A DNA stretch of 64,000 nucleotides from Candidatus Margulisiibacteriota bacterium. Lineage in GTDB: Bacteria; Margulisbacteria; Marinamargulisbacteria; JBFWNS01. Shown piece after piece: positions 8,230 through 16,950 of this stretch. The notes under the pieces were generated by a model. The model was not told where the DNA came from. It was given only the letters and a program-made list of their open reading frames with translations, and searched no databases. The stretch spans positions 96,001 through 160,000 of the forward strand of contig JBFWNS010000004.1 of NCBI GenBank assembly GCA_050250935.1, in the 5' to 3' direction. How positions within the stretch are numbered: position 1 is the first letter of the stretch; every line of letters starts with the position of its first letter. A program made the translations under genes and the position numbers.

Positions 8230-11200
8230 CTAGAATGTGTCTACTAACAACGAGGCAGGGGAATCTCCATCACGATGCTGAAGAGAAGTAGGGTTTTCAA
8301 AAACCATCGGCATTTTATGATCCATGGCTGAACCAAACCGATCCATGGCCTTGTCCACAACCTGGGCATTAAACCAGTGGTTGGGTCCGGTTAATAAACC
8401 TGCCAAACCGGTTTGAATACCACTGCGAACCGCCTCTTGAAATTGATCAATTTGCGCCTGGCTGAAACGGGCTTCGTCGTTGAGGTCCCCAACCTGATTT
8501 GGGCTTAACCCCAAAGTCGCCAACGCTTGGGTGATGGCCGCATTGACCACCTTGTCGGCGGCTGGCGTAAACTGGCCAGCTTCGGAAATCAGCGCCATCG
8601 ATGCAGCAGCAATGGCGGGAGAATTGGGAGACCCGGCTTTGGCCAAGGCTTTGCCAATGGTTTCTCGAACAAACCCGTCCAACAACGCCAAGGAATGCGG
8701 ATTTTCATTTTTACCCAACAGCGGCACCAAATTGGCCATGGCATCCTGCATATTTCCAGCTGCAACGCCTTGTAAAACAGACAAACGAACCGCGCCACTA
8801 GACTCCACATCTTGGGTCGAAACCGGCGTGGATTCAAACAGGACCTGGGCACTGGCCAGCATATTTTGTTCCAACGTTTCAACCTGAGCTTTTAATTGAT
8901 GGCTAACCATCCCTTCCCCAACCTGTTTGTAAAGGGCCATGGCGGTATCCAGTTTGGCATCCAACGCCGTCTGCACAAGACTTCTGGCCTCTGAATCCTC
9001 GCCCAAAAACCGCGTCATCATGGTGTTTACCCTTGTCCTGAAGGCCGCTTCGGACAATCGGAAAGGAGACTTTTCGTATAGGGCATTGGTTACAGATCGG
9101 TCCACAACCCCATCCAGCATCTCCAAATAACGGGTTGATTGTTGATCAAAAAGCCGGGTTAAAACCGCTTGAAAATACCCCTCTCGGCGTGCTGCCAGGG
9201 TCTCTCGACCAAACTCGGTAGCCGGTTGAACGGCACCCAAGGTTTCTTCGATTACCCGACGCAGGGCGTGGACATCGACATCATCTGCAGAAATCGCAGC
9301 CAATTTTTCGTCGGCCACACGTTCTGCTGCATCAGCAGCGGCCATAACCGATTGGCGATCCGAAGCAGCGGCTTGAATGGCTTTAGAAATCGGGTGGTTT
9401 TCATCCGAAAAAACGGGCATGGACAAAGCCTCGGTATACTGTTGTTTGGCTTTTTCTGGAATGGAGCGAAACGATTCTAAAAGGGTTCGGGTTAACGGTG
9501 TGGTTGGATCTATAATGGTAAACACCTGGGTTGAAAGCTCGGCATTGTCGGACAAAAAATGAGGCTGAACAATGCTGAGGTGAAGGGTTTTAACCCCCTT
9601 GTCTTCCCGAATCTGGGCCTGGTACAACCGCCCATCTGGCCCCTTAATTTGACGAGGCTCTGAAGTGGACTGGGCATCATCGGCGAAAAAGACGAAAGGG
9701 AAACCCGCCGCATCGGCTTGAGCCAATCGGGCCAAGAAAGCACCATTGTCCAAACTTTGGGTTGAAGCAGGACCTATCATCCCCAAAACGGCCTCGGTAG
9801 GTAGAGGAGCGGCCGCTTCTGTAGCGAAAAGGGCATCCAAATCTTCGATCGCCACATCACCAGGCACATCGGGCTCTGGCACCGGTGCCAAGTCAAAATT
9901 GACCGTAGTCGTTTGAGACAACCCTTCCGCGACAGCGGACAACCGTTCATAGGCACTGATATAGGCCGCTGGGGCTCTAAACGCAGCCGTATTAAGCCGA
10001 TTCACAGCAGGCAATTGGTCTGCAGTCAGTGCAGGCCCACCGGGGGTAGCCCCTACTACCGACGGCGACTTCAAGGTAAACGATTTTAATTCCTGAACAC
10101 CATCACCCGCCTTATCCGTTACCGTTAGCACATGAAGGGTGCCTGCAAAGTCAATTCGAACATCCAAAACCGGAACATCGTTTCCACCAGAAGCTTCTCT
10201 TAATGCCGCTTCGGCTTCCTTCATTAAAGCCGTTGTCGCAGTTCCTTTTCCTTCAACAAAACGACTCAGAAGTCGACACGCCTCCGATAGGGTTTTGTTG
10301 TCTGGTTGGCTTAAAAATTTTTGTACACCTGCGTCCTTAAGCAAGGCCACAAACGACTGCCGAAGCCCAGGACCCGGATAGGCCAAAAACTGTTGAAGCT
10401 TCAAAAACAGCATTTCTGGAACCGATTGATCGGTAAAATTTCGCACAAACGCATTCGAAGACACCCATTTGCCGCTGGCCCCACCTGCTTTGGCCAGCTC
10501 GGTCATGGCCACCGTAAAGGCCGCACCAACCGCCCGGTCTTTGGTAAGCTGAGCCTCAATATCTTGTTTGGGCGCAACACCTTCCCCTGCCTTTTCTGGG
10601 TAATCCAGATGGAGTTTCATCAGCAGATTGGCCCCCAAAAACGCTTGTTTTAGTGCTTCTCTGGCTTCTGGCTTTACAGAACCCGGCTCCAGGATATTGC
10701 GAACATCCAATCGGGCCATTTCAAGCCGAAGCGAGTACATGACATCTCGCAACTGCTGAACCCCCAAAGACCACTCTTTGGCATCAAATTTTTGAAGTTT
10801 GTCTGGGCTGATTAACAACTTAACGGTTCGTTGAAGCTGCCCAATTGTATCGTCCATCGTTGGGCTTAAATGCATATTTGCAACATCAATCAACACCGCT
10901 TGGGTGCTGGCAGAAGTCGCCAACATGGACTCGAAATGGGCCATGGCTTCTTGGGACTGCGCCAACTGCCGGGCAACATCACCCAAGGCCCCATCGGTGC
11001 CCATTAACAGCACAGCCGCCATCCGACGACCCGCAACATGGTCTGTTCCTTCTGGCAAATCAAGCATCGCCACATGCTCGGCAGACGCCGACGCCGTTCC
11101 CGATAAATAAGGGCGAACCAAGGCTTTAAGGGTATCCACAATGGCTTGCATGTCTTCTGAAATCGATTTTGAATCCCCAGTCTCGTGATGCGTTAAAGTT

Positions 11201-12516
11201 CGAAGTTCAATCAACACTTCCCTTGCCAATTGTCGTTTGTCCGCAGCACTTAGCGGCGGGGTCTGGGGTTGGGTTAACAACACTTTGGCTTGATCCAACC
11301 GAACCAAACTCTTATGTTGTTCAGGCGATGTGCTGGGCTGTTGATCCACCAACGCCATTAATTGCCCAACCGATGCCCACTGAATTTGATCTAAAAACTG
11401 TCCTTGTTCGATCAGCAACTGATTCAACCCAGCCAATTGGGCTTGGGCACGACCAATCGCATCTTTATGCGCATCCAGTCCTTTATTACTTTGCAACAAA
11501 GGCACCAAGTCTTCGGTGATGGTTGAAATAGAGGCTTTAATCGCCTTACTGGATTTTTGGGCCATTTCCTCGAGCTCTTGGGTGAGTCGGGTAATGTCTT
11601 TGTCCGATAAACTGGCGGAATCCAAGCCTTCCATAAAGGTTCTAAGACCTTGAATGGCTTCGTGAAGAACAGCTTTGGCTTGTACAACATGAGAACCCAA
11701 CTGGTCTTCCACAGCCGCTAATTTGCTTTCAAACGATTGGAAAACAGAGCCCATTTTTTCGGCCATCATCACCACTCGGGTTGGGATTCCCACCTGGGCG
11801 GTCGACTGGGTTGGCAATTGGGGAGGTGCCACATACAAGTCATTATTGATGGCTTGGTATAAAGCAGCATATTGGATCTGAACCCGAGCCAAGGCTTTTT
11901 CGGCCCGAGAACTTAAAACAGCTGTTCCAATTTTACCAATCAGCTTAAAAATCCCCCCGCGATTGGCCCATTTTTGAAAAAACCGAAAGCGGTCCAAGGT
12001 TTTTTGATCCGCAGGTTTGACATCTTTTTTCTGGGTAACCCCGCCGCTCAGCAAGCCTTCCGTTGTGGTGGCCGTAAATTGGCGAGACAATTGCAGGGCT
12101 CGAAGGGCCCCTTTCCCTTTGAGGCTGCTTAATTCATCGGGGGAAATCATGCGGGCATAAACACCGTCTTTACCCCCTTGGGCACCCCGAACAAACAAGG
12201 CATCACCCCGTCGCACAACGGTGATCGAGCCATCGGGATTGACCCCCAAATTAAAGTCCCGAGATACCCGATCGGCCGACAAGGGCACTGTTTGCCCCCG
12301 AACCGTGGTAATTTTAACCGACGCCTGTTGCGTCGCCACATCATGAGAAGACGGCTGTTGATCTTGCTGTTGAGGCGGATTTTCGCTGGTTGCATCCCGA
12401 AACGCCTGGCTTGCAGTTTGTTTGGCTGCAGCTGCACTGTGCGATTCTTCTGTATGAACAACATGAACAGAACTGGTACTCGAACTTCGTCTTAAAGAAT
12501 CAAGACCTCCACCCAT
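8230..12516 (-). CDS. Large orphan helical protein (~1,428 aa), putative secreted effector
   Basis: Long uninterrupted ORF; ATG 12516 with GGAGG RBS; Ser/Gln-rich disordered N-terminus and coiled coils; no family recognised. Confidence 0.8.
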   Translation of the reverse strand: MGGGLDSLRRSSSTSSVHVVHTEESHSAAAAKQTASQAFRDATSENPPQQQDQQPSSHDVATQQASVKITTVRGQTVPLSADRVSRDFNLGVNPDGSITVVRRGDALFVRGAQGGKDGVYARMISPDELSSLKGKGALRALQLSRQFTATTTEGLLSGGVTQKKDVKPADQKTLDRFRFFQKWANRGGIFKLIGKIGTAVLSSRAEKALARVQIQYAALYQAINNDLYVAPPQLPTQSTAQVGIPTRVVMMAEKMGSVFQSFESKLAAVEDQLGSHVVQAKAVLHEAIQGLRTFMEGLDSASLSDKDITRLTQELEEMAQKSSKAIKASISTITEDLVPLLQSNKGLDAHKDAIGRAQAQLAGLNQLLIEQGQFLDQIQWASVGQLMALVDQQPSTSPEQHKSLVRLDQAKVLLTQPQTPPLSAADKRQLAREVLIELRTLTHHETGDSKSISEDMQAIVDTLKALVRPYLSGTASASAEHVAMLDLPEGTDHVAGRRMAAVLLMGTDGALGDVARQLAQSQEAMAHFESMLATSASTQAVLIDVANMHLSPTMDDTIGQLQRTVKLLISPDKLQKFDAKEWSLGVQQLRDVMYSLRLEMARLDVRNILEPGSVKPEAREALKQAFLGANLLMKLHLDYPEKAGEGVAPKQDIEAQLTKDRAVGAAFTVAMTELAKAGGASGKWVSSNAFVRNFTDQSVPEMLFLKLQQFLAYPGPGLRQSFVALLKDAGVQKFLSQPDNKTLSEACRLLSRFVEGKGTATTALMKEAEAALREASGGNDVPVLDVRIDFAGTLHVLTVTDKAGDGVQELKSFTLKSPSVVGATPGGPALTADQLPAVNRLNTAAFRAPAAYISAYERLSAVAEGLSQTTTVNFDLAPVPEPDVPGDVAIEDLDALFATEAAAPLPTEAVLGMIGPASTQSLDNGAFLARLAQADAAGFPFVFFADDAQSTSEPRQIKGPDGRLYQAQIREDKGVKTLHLSIVQPHFLSDNAELSTQVFTIIDPTTPLTRTLLESFRSIPEKAKQQYTEALSMPVFSDENHPISKAIQAAASDRQSVMAAADAAERVADEKLAAISADDVDVHALRRVIEETLGAVQPATEFGRETLAARREGYFQAVLTRLFDQQSTRYLEMLDGVVDRSVTNALYEKSPFRLSEAAFRTRVNTMMTRFLGEDSEARSLVQTALDAKLDTAMALYKQVGEGMVSHQLKAQVETLEQNMLASAQVLFESTPVSTQDVESSGAVRLSVLQGVAAGNMQDAMANLVPLLGKNENPHSLALLDGFVRETIGKALAKAGSPNSPAIAAASMALISEAGQFTPAADKVVNAAITQALATLGLSPNQVGDLNDEARFSQAQIDQFQEAVRSGIQTGLAGLLTGPNHWFNAQVVDKAMDRFGSAMDHKMPMVFENPTSLQHRDGDSPASLLVDTF

Positions 12517-12535
12517 TTGAACAGCCCTCCATATG

Positions 12536-12955
12536 CTATCGTTTTGTAAACACAACGTCTGTGGTTGGTAGCAGAATCAAGCCCGCCAACCGATTGCTTA
12601 GGCTTACCAAGGTCGGCCAAAAATCGGCAGACGCAGCTTTCTCATTCACCACAACCGTCCCAGACTCGAAATCCACCACAATGGTCTGTGTACCAACCCC
12701 ACGACGAATCGTAACCGTGATGTTTTTGGAGATCACTTTTACCGAAAATGTCCCCTCTTGCCCCTGGCCCATGGGCCCCAAAAATTCAACGCCCTCATAA
12801 CGCTGTTTCAAAAGGGCTGAGGCAAATTTTGAAAGCGAAAGACAGTATCGGGCATAGCGAGAAGACAGATCATGAGTACCCTCCTTGGAACCCTGTCGAT
12901 GAACTTCTTTAAGTAAAATCCCCGCCATATTAACGGCATGACGCGCAGTATGCAT
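12536..12955 (-). CDS. Small hypothetical protein upstream of the 1,428-aa orphan
   Basis: 139-aa ORF filling the gap in a co-directional run; AAGGGG upstream of ATG. Confidence 0.65.
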   Translation of the reverse strand: MHTARHAVNMAGILLKEVHRQGSKEGTHDLSSRYARYCLSLSKFASALLKQRYEGVEFLGPMGQGQEGTFSVKVISKNITVTIRRGVGTQTIVVDFESGTVVVNEKAASADFWPTLVSLSNRLAGLILLPTTDVVFTKR

Positions 12956-12990
12956 GTCGATAAAGTACCCCTTTTAGCAAGAGGCTAAAC

Positions 12991-14298
12991 CTAGCCGTCC
13001 TCGCCCTCGTCTTCGGGAACCACAATCTGCTCAACCAAAATTTTATCGATGCGATTGCCATCCATATCGATCACTTCGAACCGAAACTGAAGCCAATCAA
13101 ACCCTTCTCCGGTTTTGGGGATGTGTTTGATTTTATGCAACACAAAACCACCCAGGGTGTGGAACCCCGTTTTGTCTTCGGTTTTAACATCTTCAATTTC
13201 AAAATGGGTTAAAAATTCTTCGAAAGGAATCAGGGCATCCACCAACCAAGACCCATCCGAACGTTGAACGATTTCAGGCTCATCATCCGTTAAAATAAAC
13301 TCCCCAATCAAGGCTTCCAACACATCGTTTAAAGTCACCAAGCCTTGAATATCGCCAAATTCATCGATCACCAAAGCATCGTGGGTTTTGGCTTCTTTAA
13401 ACTTTTCGATGGCCTTCAGCGCCTTCATGTGTTCGGGTAAAAACAAGGGCGGGGTTGCCAACCGAGCCCAAGCAGCCACATCGGTTCTGTCGTTTTGTTC
13501 CAACAGGGTTTTAATGTTAATCATGCCCACCACGTCGTCCAATCCCCCTTTGCACAGGGGAAAAGTCGAATACGAAGAGGACAAGATTTTGGCTTCGTTC
13601 AATTCAAACGAATCGTTCAGATCCAAGACCACCACATCCATTTTAGGGGTCATTAAAGAGCCTAATTTGCGGTCTCCTAGCTGAAAAACGCGCTCGACAA
13701 TGTGCTGTTCTGCTTCCTCGAATTGACCGCTTTTTTTACCTTGTTCCATCAGGGCATTGATTTCTTCTTCTGTAACCAAATGTTCGGCATGGCCGTTTTG
13801 GCGCAGCAAGGCCAACACCCCATTGGTCGAGACACTTAACAACCAAATAATCGGCGCCGAAATCCGGGAAATCATCACCATGGGCCTGGCCACCAACTTG
13901 GCCACCGTGTCTGGATATTGCAGGGCCAATCGCTTGGGAACCAATTCCCCAAACACCAGGGACACATAGGTAATCCCAGCCACCACCACCACAACGCCAA
14001 TTTCGTGATGATACGCCGCCAACAACGGAATCGACCGCAAATAGCCATCGATCACACCCGCCAATTTGGCCTCTCCAAACACCCCCAGTAAAATCCCAAT
14101 GGTGGTAATGCCCACCTGAACCGACGAAAAAAAGACGTTGGGATTGGCCATTAACCGCAAGGCTTCGATCGCTCGGGTATCTCCTTTTTCGGCTGCGGCC
14201 TCCAACTTAACTTTTTTAGCCGAAACAATGGCCGTTTCGGACATGGCAAACAACCCGTTCACCACAATCAGCAGGCCAACCATCAGCACCAAATCCAT
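12991..14298 (-). CDS. HlyC/CorC (CNNM/DUF21-CBS-CorC) family transporter
   Basis: NGLFAMSETAIVSA, VQVGIT, GELVPKRLA, tandem CBS domains, IDEFG, FEVIDMDGNRIDK. Confidence 0.95.
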   Translation of the reverse strand: MDLVLMVGLLIVVNGLFAMSETAIVSAKKVKLEAAAEKGDTRAIEALRLMANPNVFFSSVQVGITTIGILLGVFGEAKLAGVIDGYLRSIPLLAAYHHEIGVVVVVAGITYVSLVFGELVPKRLALQYPDTVAKLVARPMVMISRISAPIIWLLSVSTNGVLALLRQNGHAEHLVTEEEINALMEQGKKSGQFEEAEQHIVERVFQLGDRKLGSLMTPKMDVVVLDLNDSFELNEAKILSSSYSTFPLCKGGLDDVVGMINIKTLLEQNDRTDVAAWARLATPPLFLPEHMKALKAIEKFKEAKTHDALVIDEFGDIQGLVTLNDVLEALIGEFILTDDEPEIVQRSDGSWLVDALIPFEEFLTHFEIEDVKTEDKTGFHTLGGFVLHKIKHIPKTGEGFDWLQFRFEVIDMDGNRIDKILVEQIVVPEDEGEDG

Positions 14299-14301
14299 GG
14301 G

Positions 14302-15105
14302 TTAAATAATCCTGTAATACGAAAATTTGAAATAGCTGGCGATGCGTTCGAAAACAGCACCGTCGGTGTCACCAGGCAAATCCATTAAAACCTGCCGAGA
14401 CGAATCCAATCCCACCCGAGCCATAATGGGAATCCGTTGGCTGGCAAATTTTTGGCTGCCCATGTCGTTCTGATCCAGAAAATACAAGGGATATTCGGCA
14501 ATATTCAGCAGCTCGATGATTTCTTTAAAGATAAACAGGGTGTCGCTGGTTCTGGGCGTGGCATAGCCTTTGTTGATGTACACCACCACGGAATATCCCG
14601 CGCCCAACAAGGCCTTGATGTTGTCCATCGACAAGTCCAAATCGGCATCCTCATAGGAAATGGCCGAAAAAAACGACCCCACTTTGGGGAAGGGAATCAA
14701 AGGATGAACCGGAAAGTCTTTCAGCAAAGGGTGAATCGGCACCACCACCTGTTGGGCCAGCCGAAGCCAGGTAATCCAAGGCGCATAAAAATCGGTTCTG
14801 GTGGTCAAAATAATCTTGGGTTTGGCAGCATCTTCAGGCAACCATCCCAAAGGCGCATACGAATAGATCCCTCTAAAATAGAAAAACACCCGAAAATAGA
14901 CCTTTAAATAGGCAACGGACAACCGGGCTTTTGTTTTACCCGAAACCAACAGTTGAAGCAGCTTAAAGACCACACACAAAACCGCCAACGGCACATAGGC
15001 CAACAAGAACCACAGCATGCCCCGACGTCGATAAGGCTGCAACTCCAGCAGTTTTCCAACCTCGGTTTTAACGTTTTTAGGCGGCTTTTCTCGGGATGTA
15101 AACAT
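14302..15105 (-). CDS. Hypothetical membrane-anchored protein, possibly a degenerate PlsC-like acyltransferase
   Basis: N-terminal TM helix, then KPKIILTTRTDF and GYSVVVYIN at positions analogous to acyltransferase blocks; catalytic HxxxxD absent. Confidence 0.5.
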   Translation of the reverse strand: MFTSREKPPKNVKTEVGKLLELQPYRRRGMLWFLLAYVPLAVLCVVFKLLQLLVSGKTKARLSVAYLKVYFRVFFYFRGIYSYAPLGWLPEDAAKPKIILTTRTDFYAPWITWLRLAQQVVVPIHPLLKDFPVHPLIPFPKVGSFFSAISYEDADLDLSMDNIKALLGAGYSVVVYINKGYATPRTSDTLFIFKEIIELLNIAEYPLYFLDQNDMGSQKFASQRIPIMARVGLDSSRQVLMDLPGDTDGAVFERIASYFKFSYYRII

Positions 15106-15107
15106 GG

Positions 15108-15692
15108 CTAAATGGTTTGCCCTTTATCGTTGTTCAGCATGTCTTGAATCTTTTTCTCTCGGGCTTTGAGGGAAGCAGCATCGTCCACTTCTTTGAGTTT
15201 GATGTCGGGTTTTTCGGGCAATTTCTCGGATTCTGGCGTGTCTGAAACCACAACTGGCGCTTCGTCCACACTGCCTTCTGGAACACCATCGAGGGTTTGA
15301 ACCTCGGCTTTTTCGGGCACGGTTTGCGACACCATCGACGGGGCTTGGGTTTTTATGGGTGCAGGCGGAACCACGTCCACACGCTTGGGCTCGGCGGGCC
15401 TTGGCTCTGGCTTTGGCACACCATCGGAAACACTGGTATTTTGCACAGGGGGTTCTGGGTCTTTTTCAACGGGCACCCCATCTTTTGCCACCACCATGGG
15501 CGCCAGCATAGTCAAATCAACAGGTTTGGGTTGGGGCGTTGGAATCAAAGGCGTGTAAGGGGCTTCTTTGGCCAAGGTTTTACGGGCCTGGTCAATACGA
15601 CCTGCCACCCCATCCAAAAACGAATCCAGCTGGTCTGGGTTCTTCAGCAAGTTTAAAAAATCAGCATCGCTTAACTGGGGGTTATCAGGCAT
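15108..15692 (-). CDS. Pro/Glu/Lys-rich hypothetical protein
   Basis: Likely ATG at 15692 overlapping the upstream stop (AATGCCTGA); low-complexity linker-like body. Confidence 0.65.
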   Translation of the reverse strand: MPDNPQLSDADFLNLLKNPDQLDSFLDGVAGRIDQARKTLAKEAPYTPLIPTPQPKPVDLTMLAPMVVAKDGVPVEKDPEPPVQNTSVSDGVPKPEPRPAEPKRVDVVPPAPIKTQAPSMVSQTVPEKAEVQTLDGVPEGSVDEAPVVVSDTPESEKLPEKPDIKLKEVDDAASLKAREKKIQDMLNNDKGQTI

Positions 15693-15981
15693 TGGTGTCC
15701 GAGGCATTGGGCGATTCTGGGGTTTCGGTATCCCGAATCTCTTGGAGCCTATTGCGAATATCGGCATCCAGTTTTTGAAGGCTTCCCAAAAATTCCCGTT
15801 GGGTTTTTTGAAGCTTCATCAAGTTTTCTCTGGAACGAACCTCGGCTTCGGCTGCATCTTTTTCCATTTGCTTTAGGATGCTGCGATTGGCCAAAATGTC
15901 GACAATACTTCTAAAAACCAGGGCAATAACCAACGCAATAAAGCCGCCGGCAAAAACCATTAATCCAATATTTTCCATCAT
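15685..15981 (-). CDS. Small single-TM coiled-coil protein
   Basis: RBS AAGGAG; N-terminal TM (IGLMVFAGGFIALVIALVF) followed by a coiled coil. Confidence 0.75.
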   Translation of the reverse strand: MMENIGLMVFAGGFIALVIALVFRSIVDILANRSILKQMEKDAAEAEVRSRENLMKLQKTQREFLGSLQKLDADIRNRLQEIRDTETPESPNASDTNA

Positions 15982-16011
15982 GTCTCCTTGAGAGCCCTCA
16001 TTTTACGGTGA

Positions 16012-16950
16012 TTAGTCCCCCATCGCCAAGCGAATTTTTTCGGCTTCTGGCAAAGTAATAACCGCCTTAACCCTGGCCAAAACCTTCACATAGACATTGC
16101 GACGCTCCAACCGAACCCCATCGTGATGGGTCACGCGCTGGACCACGGCAGCAATCACCCCTTCTGGCACTTGGACGAGGACCTTCAAAAACCAAGTATC
16201 GTCTGGCAGTTTGGCTAAGGTGTCGATCAGGTGTTCACTGGCTGGGGATATGGCTTTTTGAATGGATTGAAACACTTTCAAAAAAGGTTCTACAAAATAC
16301 AAAAACTTCAGGAACTGGGTAAAAGCGACTGCGTCGCTCAATTCTGGCAACTGCCGTTGATACAAGGCCACCACCTGGCTTGCCAACTGCTCGACATCGT
16401 CTTGTTCGAACTGCTTTAGGGCCCGATGCCCTTCCAAAGCCGCATTTTCAACCGATAGTTTGGGGTCTTCAATGATATCCAAAATCCGGTGAATTTCGGG
16501 CTCTATCATTTTTTTAAGCACCCGCTCTTGGGGAATCAACACCCCACCCACCATTCGAAGGCGGTCGGACGACAACTTGCGCAACGGTTCGTAGAGGTCT
16601 TTGCGATGGGCATAGACGTGCATCAAAATCTCTTTTTGAAGGGGCTTGGCCGCTTTTTTAAACAGGGCCTCTAGCCAAGAAACCTCGTCCAGGCTCTCAA
16701 ACAACCCCAGGGTTTGAGGGTTTGAAAAACCTTTGACCATCGCCAAAAAATCGTCTTTGGACAACCCCGAAACCAAGGTATTGCGAAGGGCTGGGGCTTC
16801 GACGGTTAAAATCAGCTTCCCCATCACCGCCAAAGCCGGCTTGTCCAAAGGGCTTAACATGGCTTCTTGGACCAACCGTTTTTCGATCAGCCCAACCGCC
16901 ACCGCCATGTCTTCTTCACTAAACCCTTCTAAAATGGCGTCGTTGATCAT
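16012..16950 (-). CDS. Helical hypothetical protein translationally coupled to the giant ORF
   Basis: 312-aa ORF whose ATG overlaps the giant gene's TGA (ATGA); GGAGG upstream. Confidence 0.8.
   Translation of the reverse strand: MINDAILEGFSEEDMAVAVGLIEKRLVQEAMLSPLDKPALAVMGKLILTVEAPALRNTLVSGLSKDDFLAMVKGFSNPQTLGLFESLDEVSWLEALFKKAAKPLQKEILMHVYAHRKDLYEPLRKLSSDRLRMVGGVLIPQERVLKKMIEPEIHRILDIIEDPKLSVENAALEGHRALKQFEQDDVEQLASQVVALYQRQLPELSDAVAFTQFLKFLYFVEPFLKVFQSIQKAISPASEHLIDTLAKLPDDTWFLKVLVQVPEGVIAAVVQRVTHHDGVRLERRNVYVKVLARVKAVITLPEAEKIRLAMGD

Noticed and set aside
8213..8300. TPP riboswitch ahead of thiG-thiH
   Set aside because: Only 17 bp of intergenic space and no CTGAGA/ACCTG core.
12956..12963. 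GTCGATAA sigma28-like -10 box near the 139-aa gene
   Set aside because: Wrong strand for that gene and no matching -35 at 15 bp.
15685..15767. Possible frameshift joining the 98-aa and Pro-rich ORFs
   Set aside because: An ATG at 15692 overlapping the upstream stop explains it as ordinary translational coupling; no slippery site seen.
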